NCBI GenBank assembly: GCA_002633005.1
Contig: NMRA01000619.1
Location: 83,528 to 147,527, forward strand
From: Phoronis australis
Lineage: Eukaryota; Animalia; Phoronida
Direction of reading: 5' to 3'
DNA: 64,000 bases
In this document: in pieces, positions 39,574-50,250 of the stretch
Numbering within the stretch: position 1 is the first letter of the stretch
Layout: each line of letters begins with the position of its first letter
The notes under the pieces: model-generated
What the model was told of the DNA's origin: nothing
The model's input: the letters and a program-made list of their open reading frames with translations, nothing else
The model's database searches: none
Made by a program: the position numbers and the translations under genes

Positions 39574-42500
39574 GGACAGTTAAAGTTTCCTCATTTTTAT
39601 TAGCCTACTTATTTGTTGTTAGTTTATGTTTTTGTGGAGAAATAGAAGTCACGCCAGTCTGCCAGATGTCGTTTCGCTGTAGTCAGCGCCCTCTCTCTCT
39701 GCCGTCTGCCATTTTGTCCTGGTATCGTTCATTCTATTCAGCTCTCAACAAACCTCAGTGTTTCGTCCGCAGTTGTTCGTTCTGCATAAACAATTCCCTT
39801 CTGGCGCAGCAACATTAGTTAAATCTGCTAACGCCAGTTTGACTGAGACGCAATAAGCGAAAAACAAAATGACTAGAAGTTTTTTAGATGATACACAAAC
39901 GTACCATGACGTATTGCCAACCTTTGAACTCAGAAATCAGAGGCAGCAAATCGGTAACCCAGTGAGGCACACTGTCCCTTTGGTCGCCACACATCCTCGA
40001 CAACCAGGCAATAACATTCATCAAAATTGGGGAGAATTTGACATCTTTCCAGGAGTTATGGGAATTAATTCTTCAAAATATGAGAGCTTCCCACCTAAAG
40101 AGAATTTGGACGGTTGGCAAAACCATTGTCGCATTTCTCTGGCCCGATTATTTCGACCTTTTAACCTAATAAATCGCTGACCTCATTTGCTGGAACTAGT
40201 CAAGTGGGCGTGAAATTGAGGGTTGCGAGGTCACGGCATGTTGACAAGACAGCAAGATGGCTGATGGCCATGTAGCTGATATCTGATTAACTTTTGAAAC
40301 GGACTGCCGTATGAATATCAGCGTGAATTCACTGAACTCGTTGAAGAATACTTTGCGTATGGCGACGAGGGCAAATCAGTGACAGCGACGCGTTGTCTGA
40401 CAGCAACTCATCGCATCAGGAGTTTGATTATCAACCCATCGTGAACACGCGGGTTACATTGGAACAAGCAGAACTTGAAGAAAACAGTCCAGATTAGCTT
40501 ACTCGCAGAACAATGTTTCGTTCCTGCAAAGCCTATGGATCTGGGTGCAAGCAACTGAAAGTTACTGCTAGAGAAAATGATCTTTGACTGGGCTATTTCA
40601 CGCAATTTGATGTTCAGGACATCATTGCTCTGCAGTTGTCAGTGACGGACATGGATAGGGATGACTCATTGTCATTTATTTTCAAAATTGTTGATACTAA
40701 CGTATAATTTTGAATTACTATGAACAAAAGTAAGCCACTAATGTTTATTTTGTAATCGTCTGCAATTTATTTTATTAAACGTCGCCAAATTATACTTTAA
40801 CTACCTTGTTTTACTTGCGGTAACCCCTTTTGCCACAAGTGGACTGATCCAGTTTGCAGTTGGCTGGGAATTTTATTGATCCAGTTCGACTAGCCCAACA
40901 TGAATATCACTGCTTTTTGGGGGCCGGTTCCATGAAAATGAAATTACATTTTTGAGACCTTGGGTCATGCGAGAGTTAGTTACTTGAAACAGTGAAAACC
41001 AATTTAGTCAAACCAATTCCAATGGAGCACTGTAATCTTTTATTTTAAAGATGCAAAAGATTTCATGATTTTGGGCATCTTAAACTCGAAAGTAGTTGTT
41101 TGTTAAATTTCGAGTTAAGGGACTTACTTCATGCCAGTGTTTAGTCAATGGACCTTACTTAGTGTTATTCTCATGTTGCACGTTTGGTGTTTATGTTTCG
41201 TTTTCAGATTTACAGTTGCTTATAAATCCCCCGAAACTTTTGAATAGTCATTACACTTTGATGGCAGTCATCTTGAATTATTCCCCGTGACAACCTGTGA
41301 TTATACTCTATGCTTCAACAGTTCCACATTCTTGACAAGATTAACATGCCTATGAATTATTGTAGTAACTGGCAATTGGTTAACTTCATTTATATATTCA
41401 TTTAAGTTTTACAGTGGCTATTTTGAATTATGAGTTGCCATTGCTTTCTTGTGGTTAGTTTTAGCTCTTTTTAAAAAATTCTCCCTTTTCCTAAGCATGA
41501 ATCTCTTTCATTTACATGGTGGCCAATGCATTTTCATTGAATGGTGTTCATTTTGGAAAATGGACGCAATTATGTAATAATGTCAATATTTTTCCAATTT
41601 TTGATTAATTTTATTTTTGTATGTTGTTTTGTAAAATAAGTCTAAAATGTAACAATCAATTGCAGGTTGCTATGGAAATTTTAAAGACACAAATATCACT
41701 TTTCCCGGCCATTTACCTAAGTTCAAAATTTTTGCTTGTCCGGACTAGAAATGGCAACATCTCGGCCTTTTGTTAAGATAGGGACATGTTTCATACATCA
41801 AAATGATCAGAAAATACTGTATTTTCAGAAAAAAATAACAATCACAAAAATGACAAATCCCTAGTTAAGACTCATTTTGTGGTGCTGGCTCACATTTAAA
41901 ACCAACGTTCTTTTGGGAAGTGGCCCTTTGTCAAGATCAACGCAAATTAACTTTTTAGTCTTTTTTGTAATATTTAAAATTCATTGTACCAACTTAACTG
42001 CTCTCAGTGCTAGCTATTACCTTTCCACTTCATTAGCTGAGATCTACATCAATACAAAAGGCGTGGTGAATAGGAATTGTAAAAGTTGTCTGGGTCTTAG
42101 GGAATCAGAGTGGTGACCAGTGAAAGGGAGAAATTCTCCACATTCTCCTGTTGTCCTCTGGTAATGTGATGCAAACAGAGCAATAAATGGTCAGCACAGC
42201 TTGGAGATCAACCAGTGTGTCAACTGGTTTATAACTGTTGAACTCTGATTTAGCAGACTGTGGTTGTACACCTAGAAATTAGGAACCTGGTGAAAAGCAA
42301 TGCCGTAGAACAAGAGATTTCAATATGGTAGAAAGTAAAAGAGTGCAAAGACAAAAATAAAAATTTATCACAGGCAAAACAACAAATTTCAGGGCAAAAA
42401 ATCCTCAAGTATAACACATGAATTGAATCTATAGAATACAGTGTTTTTGTAAAAAAAGTTGTTCGCTGTTTTGGGTACTACAGTTACTGGAATCAAAAAT

Positions 42501-43179
42501 GTCCCTGAAAAATCCAACGTACAAAGAACTTACAGTTTAATAAGTTCTTATGCACCAAAAATACTTTAATTCTAAAGTGATTGCATTAGAATTAAATGGT
42601 CAAGTTCCAAGTAAAAATGAACAATGACCTAACAGTGTGAATGAATCTGTTGTTAGGAATATCTGATTAGTTGCTAAAGTTTTTGTTGAGAGCCAGTTAA
42701 CATGATAGAGCCATTGGTAAGTGACTGTCTATTCTCAAGCAGTTCTTTGGTAGACCTAGCAAAGTCAACAACATAAATTAGGTATTAACTGATGTTATCA
42801 GGCTTGGTCTGACCTACATAATTCAGGACTACATGACTGGCAATCATTATCCTGATGGTGGGGGGATAATACTGGTTCTGAAATGTAATGGGGATGAAAT
42901 GAAATGGGGATAGTCAACCACCATTAGATATGACTGCTGGATTGTGTATCTGATCGGGATGAAAGACTAGATTCATCTGCATCAATCAGTTTCGCAAAAG
43001 GCTAGTTGTTCACTTGTCAGTTGCAATGTTAATTTTTTTTCACCCTCATTAATGTTATCACCAAAATTAGTGATGGGGTGGTCTGGTGTACCCTTGCCAG
43101 TTCTTATAGTCTATCTTAAGTAAACAAAATTTGACAAATTTCACTCACTCACACTTACAGACATTCACACACATGATTT

Positions 43180-43305
43180 GATGATGTTGACAATGATAAT
43201 AACAACACCAATAATAATAATACCAATAATAATAACATCAATAAAAATAACACCAATAATAATAACACCAATAAAAATAACACCAATAATAATAACACCA
43301 ATAAT
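43180..43305. repeat. (ATA)n-derived 15-bp repeat (ataataataacacca)
   Basis: Direct tandem low-complexity units. Confidence 0.9.
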
Positions 43306-43559
43306 TACTGTAAACCGCTGCTTGACACCGATCAATTCGTTCCGTGTCAGTTGCGCCGGACCAAAAGTTAGTGTCTTCATTGGACTATTAACTGGGAGTC
43401 CTCGTAGTTTTAAAATGTGTTTGTTCAAACGGAAGAAATTCTAATTGACAGTGGGCGTCCAAATGATTCATTGAGCGTCCTTGCCTGGGAGTCCGTACGC
43501 TGCATGAAGGCTTGCCACGAACACTGCCATTACTATTGAGATGTATGAGATGTACTTAC

Positions 43560-43605
43560 ACTCTCGGAGTTCCATAGGGTCGTAACCCCGCTGATGGTGC
43601 GCCAT
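43560..43605 (-). CDS. TMC: TMC7-like gene, first coding exon (MAHHQRGYDPMELRE); whole exon 43560-43623
   Basis: Polypyrimidine tract plus CAG acceptor at 43626-43624, in-frame TAG upstream of the ATG at 43605, GTAAGT donor at 43559. Its phase-1 end joins the 29058 exon in frame (T+TT=Phe). No family motif in this exon, so the assignment rests on splice sites and phase. Confidence 0.65.
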
Positions 43606-44392
43606 CTTATGAAACCTCTAAGGCTGAAAAAAATTAGAAAAGTTCAGCCAGCTTACAACTTCCAGGAACCTCAGTAGCTTTTTATTTATTTATTGAAGTA
43701 CGGTGTTTCCCCTATTAGTTCGTACACTAGTGTACGAACTATTTTTCCCTTGAGCTTCATATACCAATTAAAGGAGAATGCCACCCAAAAAACAACTTAT
43801 TTTGTATAATTTAGATCGAGTAGTTCTACTCGATAACGGCATGTTCGGTTGCGTTACCTGACACCTGACGGCAGACAGAGGTGTTGAAGTTATCCAATGA
43901 CGTCATTGGTTTCACACGCAGTCTGTTCAGCAGTTCACAATATGGGTGTCAGCTTATCATTTGAATTCATTGTTTAACACCAATAAATCACCAAACTTCA
44001 ATATAAACCCTTAAAAATACACAGAGTTCTTATAAAACCTGTTGTTTTATTTTGCTATTACGTATTTATTGGTATTTGGACATACCGTAGCCTGTAAAGT
44101 TCGACACGTCAATTTACCAAGGTCCGTAGCAGGACTTTGGCGATCCGTGAAATACAGACAAGAGAACCTATGTTGTTTAGACTTGTGATTTTTTAGTTCT
44201 AAACACACAAAATGCTTGTTATCCCGGCCAGTGGCTCGGAACCCGATCACTCCCGTCGCAGCCGGACTGACTCGTAATCCTGGCCAGTGGCTCGGAACCC
44301 GATCAGGCCCATTGCGGCCACCGGAACTGGTGCGAATATAAACCAGCTTGAGTTAGAAACTAAACCTCCAGTCACAAAAAGACTGTAATAGT

Positions 44393-44551
44393 CAGTGCTG
44401 TAGTGGTAAAAGTAGAGGTAAGTAGGCGCCGAAAGCCCACCGTATCACCTTGAGCACTGAACGTAAGTTACGGTGCGGAGGAGCTACGTTCAAATGCCAA
44501 AAGGAGGTTGGCTGAGCCTACATGTGCCTAAGCCCCATTACAACAACACTG
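44393..44551. mobile_element. hAT-like MITE (159 bp) nested in D3
   Basis: CAGTG...CACTG termini, imperfect 8-bp TSD gtaatagt/atgatagt; absent at the equivalent site of D1 and D2. Confidence 0.7.
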
Positions 44552-44904
44552 ATGATAGTGAGCCAAAGAAATAATGTGCACGTAATTCTATACGTGAATT
44601 AGCCATGAAACTGAAAATCTACTTACTTGTCAGGGGCCGTGAAGTCGGGTTCCCCTTCCACAGACCGTCAGGGCAAAGGTTGTACATTAACAATGATTTG
44701 AATAATATATTTGTATTTCTAAATAAAGATTCCCCTATCATGTGACCATAGAATATAAAATCGAGTAATTGTTTCGCAACAGCTTTCTGTCAGCAAACAC
44801 TGAATTAGCATGCGCTTACGGCCTCAGTGCCCGCTCAATATAGGCCTACCTTTATTCATTGCCGGCATCAAAAGCCAGTAACGCAGTGGTTTATTCATTG
44901 CTGG

Positions 44905-47517
44905 TGTTGTGAATGTTGGTTTGTGTGGTCTCGTCTTTCGTGTTGTCTTGTGTGTTCGTGTTCGTCCGTGGGTTTCCGTCAGTGGCCGGATGTTGTAAGT
45001 TCTAGTTTTGTCACGTGACTGGGGAATCGAGAGCTCTCTGTTCGTGTGGCACTGCTGCACGCAGGACGTCTGCGTTTGTGGGTCTTCAACTCAAGCGTGT
45101 ATTCAAGCTTTCATATGAGTAAAGGTAAGCTGCACGAGAACCTGTGTATCAANNNNNNNNNNNNNNNNNNNNNNNNNNNNNNNNNNNNNNNNNNNNNNNN
45201 NNNNNNNNNNNNNNNNNNNNNNNNNNNNNNNNNNNNNNNNNNNNNNNNNNNNNNNNNNNNNNNNNNNNNNNNNNNNNNNNNNNNNNNNNNNNNNNNNNNN
45301 TTAAAGCTCATCCACACTCAAGTTTCGACCAAATTGTGGATCATATGACCTATCGTTTTGGGGCAGATGTCGAGTGCAATGAAGTGCACCAACTTAGGTT
45401 CCAGTCAGCCAAGCAGACTTCTGACGAGTCCTTAGAACAATGGGCTGACCGTCTTACAAGTTTATTCTTGTTGGCCTTTCCAGAGGCGAGGGACTCTGAT
45501 AAAGCTCAGGCGGTTCTTCGGTTCTGTTTAGGTCTACAGGATAGAGAGGTTGCGCAGTTGGCTATAAACAGTCGACCAAGTACACTCATGGCTGCCTTGA
45601 ATGCCGCTAGGTGGTTTTCAACAACCAAAGACTTGATGGCTACTTCCAATTCACCGAAGTCAGTATCTTTTTGTAGAGAAGGGAATATGGAAGGAGATGA
45701 AGTTGCTGTTCGCCAAGTAACCAAGAAGCCAGCTCTTAAGTTCATTCCTCGTAGCTCCTTAGAGTCTCGATTAGATGTTCTTGAGGGTAGGTGCAATGAC
45801 TTAGATGCGTCGGTTTCATTCCTTATGACTGACAATGCTAAGCTTCATAAGAAGATGGATGAGTTAAAGTCTGACCTTTTAGAAAATCGGAGGGAAGTAT
45901 CAAACAATTTTAACAAGTTGTTTGCAATGTTACAGACACAGTCGCCGAAGCGACCTTCTCCATCTTCACCAAGAGTTTCACCGAGTTCATCTCTGGGAAG
46001 ATCTTCTAATCCTCCTCCCAGGTGTTTCAACTGTGGAGAGCTGGGTCATTATCAGTCGGCTTGTTGGAATTCTGTTTCAGCTCATCGAACGAACTTTGAC
46101 CTCCCTGACAGTAAGAAAGTAGTTGGCCTGTTAGGTTTCTTGAAAAAATCGGTTCAGAAATTCATGAAACGTACTAGTTCGACTGAGGCTTTCCTTTCCA
46201 AGACAGCTGAGTCATCTACTCAGACTGCTGGTGAGTTCTCTGTACCTTCAACTGAAGATGATAGAACTGTATCTAATCCAGTAGATAGTATTGAAGTTTC
46301 AGACCCATCAGTTGATAAGATTGCATATGACTCATTGATTACTCAAGATGTTGCATTTACTGTTTCACAGAATGTCCCACTAACTCCAGGGGGGCTGTGT
46401 CAGCCTGATTTCATACGAGATGTGGCAGTGAGTAGGAACGTCTGTGTCTCTCCTGCAGCGTCAATTGGTGAGTCCGTTCCAGAGACCATAAAGATTAAGA
46501 AAAGTGCACTTGCATTTCTTCCCAAAGTAGACAAATGTGTTGGAACTAGGCAAGTGATTATGAATCCTGACTCCAACCCTACACTGGCTACTCAGTCACT
46601 TTCTCCATGTGACCTTGACGAGACAGATTTCGGTCTGTCCGGCATTTTTGCTTCAGATGGTGCAGATAATGAAAAGTTTGATCTGAAAACTGATGGCTGT
46701 TATATTTATAACAATACAACATCTCCGAATGTTTTAAATATTTCAGCTAAACAGTCCGCAGATCCTGATTTTTCTTTCATTATTAATCGTGAGGTCACGC
46801 AACCAGCAGACCTCATGTTTTGTCCACCATTTGTTAATTTTCTGTAGTAGCTTACTGTGCTACCTTGCTGTTGCTTGTTGTTTTGTGCACTACATGTTCT
46901 GTGTTCATTACTTGTTCATATGGTCCAAATGTGAATAGTTTTTTTTTAAATATATAGTACAGTAAATTCTTCTTGTCACAAGTTTAATTATTTTTTTTGA
47001 CCATATGTACCTTGTAACTAGTATTTTTCAATTTTTCAAGTATCCCCAGTCACGTACTTTTGTGAAGTATTTAGTTTTTTTATTGTAAATCCGGCCACAT
47101 AGGTTTTAGTTACTCTAATATTTTTCGTAGTATAGTTCTTATTTTTCATAATGTATATTAGACATTGGTCAGTTTATTTTTTACTATTTCATTAGTTAAG
47201 GGGGGAGTAAAGGTTGGGTGGTGTTTTTTTTATCATTCTTCTATTTAGGGAGGGGAGGAATGTTGTGAATGTTGGTTTGTGTGGTCTCGTCTTTCGTGTT
47301 GTCTTGTGTGTTCGTGTTTGTCCGTGGGTTTCCGTCAGTGGCCGGATGTTGTAAGTTCTAGTTTTGTCACGTGACTGGGGAATCGAGAGCTCTCTGTTCG
47401 TGTGGCACTGCTGCACGCAGGACGTCTGCGTTTGTGGGTCTTCAACTCAAGCATGTATTCAAGCTTTCATATGAGTAAAGGTAAGCTGCACGAGAACCTG
47501 TGTATCAATTCACAACA
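44905..47517 (+). mobile_element. Young non-autonomous gag-only LTR retrotransposon
   Basis: 257-bp LTR TGTTGTGAAT...ATTCACAACA (47261-47517); 5' copy 44905-45152 runs into the gap, 2 mismatches seen in 248 bp; CTGG TSD; PPT agggaggggaggaa at 47247-47260. Confidence 0.93.
45303..46847 (+). CDS. Gag-like protein (capsid-like region, coiled coil, CCHC zinc knuckle, long tail); start probably in the N gap
   Basis: Uninterrupted ORF of more than 510 codons; QTSDESLEQWADRL, RFCLGL, CFNCGELGHYQSAC at 46023-46064; no protease, RT or integrase motifs. Confidence 0.88.
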   Translation, partial: KAHPHSSFDQIVDHMTYRFGADVECNEVHQLRFQSAKQTSDESLEQWADRLTSLFLLAFPEARDSDKAQAVLRFCLGLQDREVAQLAINSRPSTLMAALNAARWFSTTKDLMATSNSPKSVSFCREGNMEGDEVAVRQVTKKPALKFIPRSSLESRLDVLEGRCNDLDASVSFLMTDNAKLHKKMDELKSDLLENRREVSNNFNKLFAMLQTQSPKRPSPSSPRVSPSSSLGRSSNPPPRCFNCGELGHYQSACWNSVSAHRTNFDLPDSKKVVGLLGFLKKSVQKFMKRTSSTEAFLSKTAESSTQTAGEFSVPSTEDDRTVSNPVDSIEVSDPSVDKIAYDSLITQDVAFTVSQNVPLTPGGLCQPDFIRDVAVSRNVCVSPAASIGESVPETIKIKKSALAFLPKVDKCVGTRQVIMNPDSNPTLATQSLSPCDLDETDFGLSGIFASDGADNEKFDLKTDGCYIYNNTTSPNVLNISAKQSADPDFSFIINREVTQPADLMFCPPFVNFL

Positions 47518-49869
47518 CTGGCTTCTCAAAATTTGCACTCACAAATACTGCAAACGCATTACAAATTGTATCTAACGAGACAGACTCTGTTTCAGTTTTA
47601 TATAAGCATTGGTTAGGATGACAATAATTCATTTTGAAACAGAACGCAGAATACATGGCAACTCGCCCGGCGCCAATCCCGACTTCAAGAGCTCATCCGA
47701 CGAAGACTTCACGGGTCGGATCGTTAGGTTTCACAGGCTATGAGTTCTAACCAGAATACACTATCAAGAAATACTAGAGAGGCATCGTGAACATGCACAG
47801 ACAACGAATAGTTCTTTGGTAAGCCGGAATTCTTCAGAGAAATCACTGTCAATGAAATGCAGGCCAGACACGGAGATGTTTCACGGCCTCATACTTGCTA
47901 TTAACAGCATACCTTTCATTCTTCACTACCACGAGCCACTTCCTAAGCATTTCAAGCTCTCGAAGAAGTTGAAAAAACGATATACCCGCTTTCTTCGCAG
48001 CTTCATAGTTCGGACAAGCAGGAACGATGCACCGCTATATAGCGGCATTAACTTTGCAGACGAACCACTGACATCGCTGCGTCGTTTCTCACCTTCCTCA
48101 AAGGTTAACGCGACACCTCTCGGCAAGGTGAGGTCGACCATATAAGAGGCGATGTGGATATAGACCGATTAAGACGGTAAAAAAGTAATTAAATCGGGTG
48201 GCATTCTCCTTTAATAGAGACAAAATTGGACATATGAAATATTAGAGAAGACATTCGAGTGTTCGAATTATTAGAGATAAAGATCGACGATAACAACGAG
48301 AGCAATGATGGCCTCCGAGACGGTGGTTATCAATGTGAATTATAACAAAAAGTAATAAATTATTTTCCCGGGTGATGGATTTACTTCAAAATATAATACT
48401 TGAACTCTCTTCCCATGTTCGCAAACTTCAGGAACCACGTCGCCTTCGGAACCTCCGCTTTCTGCGATGTCGTCTCAACACTTATTATCCGACTGCAGTG
48501 CACTAGATAAAACATGTATTCGAAAAAATGTAGTTTTGCCAACACTCCCACTTCGATTTAGAAGGGAAGCTCTCGGATTTTGAACAATTCTCATACCTCA
48601 TGGACAAGTGTCAAATTCTCCCTATTTTGATGAAATTCCCCTGGCTTAGTTTTCTGGAAATGTATTTTGCAGGGTTACTGAGGATGCCGCGGCGACAGAA
48701 AGAACTGCCTCACAGGGTTTATTTGCTGCCTATGTTACTTGGTGTTTGTGTATGACCTTGAAATAATAAAAAATGCAAGCCAGGTTTTGTGTTTCGCTTA
48801 TAGTCAAGCTAGCGTTGGCAGATTTTACCAATGTTGATGGCAGTTCTTGTTGTGTGCCCTGGTGCTTAATTGAAATTTCTCAAAACTTAGCTTAGTAAAG
48901 CTTAGTAAATCTCATCACTATTTCCATATTTTCTCTCGCCAAAAATAGCGATCTGAAAAACGACTTTTCAAGCTCTATGCTAGCGTAGTAAAGCAAATAA
49001 CGGATCATGATCACCTGAATAGATGTGGCGCTTATCGATTTGTATTCTTTTATAAGAATGGAAATTTCCATTTTAGCGACCCAAAAAGCATATACGAAAT
49101 ATTTTTTTCCGATGCAAATATGTGTACGATCTATTCTTCACTTGTATGCCTAGTGTACGAACTATTGGAGATAAACGACACGTTTCAAGGGTCCTGTACG
49201 AAATAATAGAGTGTACGAATTAATAGAGAAAACACCGTACTTATACTGTCGATTTTTTGTGTCAGTCACCAATCGTATGTCAAAAGTATGAAGAGTAAAT
49301 AATACTTACCGTCTCATATTTTCAATTACTAACTTGTATTATGTTGCATTATATTGTGTTGTGCGGTGGTCCTCAACAAAGCAACTTGCCTTTTAGGATC
49401 ACCACACTCACTCACATATGATCCAAGTTAACAAACATATTATCTCACGCCGAAGTGTGCGGTTGTCAATTTCATCTGGATCGTTATGTAGATTTGATCT
49501 TCCTAAACTTCGAAAGGCAGGTGCCCAAAGGAAGTTTCAGCAGAAAACAATAAATCGTGACACTGATCATGATGAAAAACAAAATGCCTCGAGCTTTTCA
49601 TGAGATTTATGCTTTATGTAAATTCCGTGTCAAATGGACAAAAATGCTACAAGTAGACAGTAGCATGTCTTCAAATAAAAGAAACAGACAAAACTTAATG
49701 ACAGACTGACACACTTGACAAAATTTTCTTGCACCAAGTTATGATTTTCAGCTTTATTGATTGCACTATGGTATACACAATTTTTTTGAAAATGGGTTCA
49801 TTACTTCCTTATATAATTAACTAAATATCTGGAGATGCACCATGCTTTTTCATCAACGACATCGGGAAT

Positions 49870-50250
49870 TTGCAACTGAGACAGGTGTAGATTAATTCAC
49901 ACATGAAACTACAACATTTGTTCTTAACAACAGAGACAGGCGTACATCAATTCACACGTGAAACTACACACTTAATTCTCAACAGCAGACAACTCACACA
50001 TGAAGCAACAACATTTATTCTTAACAACAAACAGACACACATTAACCCACAGGTGAAACTGGAACATTAATTGTCAACAGTACATAACTCACATGTGAAA
50101 CAACATTTATTCTTAACGACAGGGACAGGCGTGCATCAACTCACATGTGAAAATACAGCATTAATTCTCAATACCAGATAACTCCCATGTGAAACTTAAT
50201 TATTCTTAACAACAGAGACAGCCGTGCATTAACTCACATGAAACTACTTG
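49870..50250. repeat. Degenerate minisatellite of about 40-55 bp
   Basis: Recurring aactcacatgtgaaac...acatttattcttaacaacagagacagg units. Confidence 0.8.

Larger units (their letters stand above)
33409..39806 (+). mobile_element. Full-length decayed Gypsy-like LTR retrotransposon with 155-bp LTRs (33409-33563, 39652-39806)
   Basis: LTRs differ at 7 of 155 positions. PBS TGGTGGCAGCG (tRNA-Leu type) at 33564, purine tract at 39636-39648, domain order PR-RT-RH-IN. Confidence 0.95.
31849..40156 (-). mobile_element. Family B element copy 3 (inverted, far end truncated), interrupted by the Gypsy-like element
   Basis: TA|CTGTAAATGTTCGGGTTAACGCCC end at 31849; B homology runs to 33408 and resumes at 39807 to about 40156. 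Confidence 0.88.
43772..48210 (-). mobile_element. Kolobok-derived element D3 with THAP remnant; hosts a hAT MITE and the gag-only LTR element
   Basis: TTAA TSD, perfect TIR AGGAGAATGCCACCC. Minus strand gives RCIVPACPNY...ISFF...LRKWLVVVKNE...KHLRV(C)GLHFIDSDF across frameshifts. Confidence 0.9.
43701..49237 (+). mobile_element. TA-flanked Tc1/mariner-superfamily non-autonomous element F, host of D3
   Basis: TA|CGGTGTTTCCCCTATTAGTTCGTACACT ... AGTGTACGAATTAATAGAGAAAACACCG|TA; internal 48270-48850 is homologous to family B. Confidence 0.82.

Noticed and set aside
43165-43444. Ile/Gly-rich transmembrane-like ORFs
   Set aside because: Translation of an (ATA)n-derived repeat.
45303-46847. Domesticated Arc/PEG10/PNMA-like host gene
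   Set aside because: Flanked by near-identical LTRs, PPT and TSD inside another transposon, so it is a recent mobile insertion.
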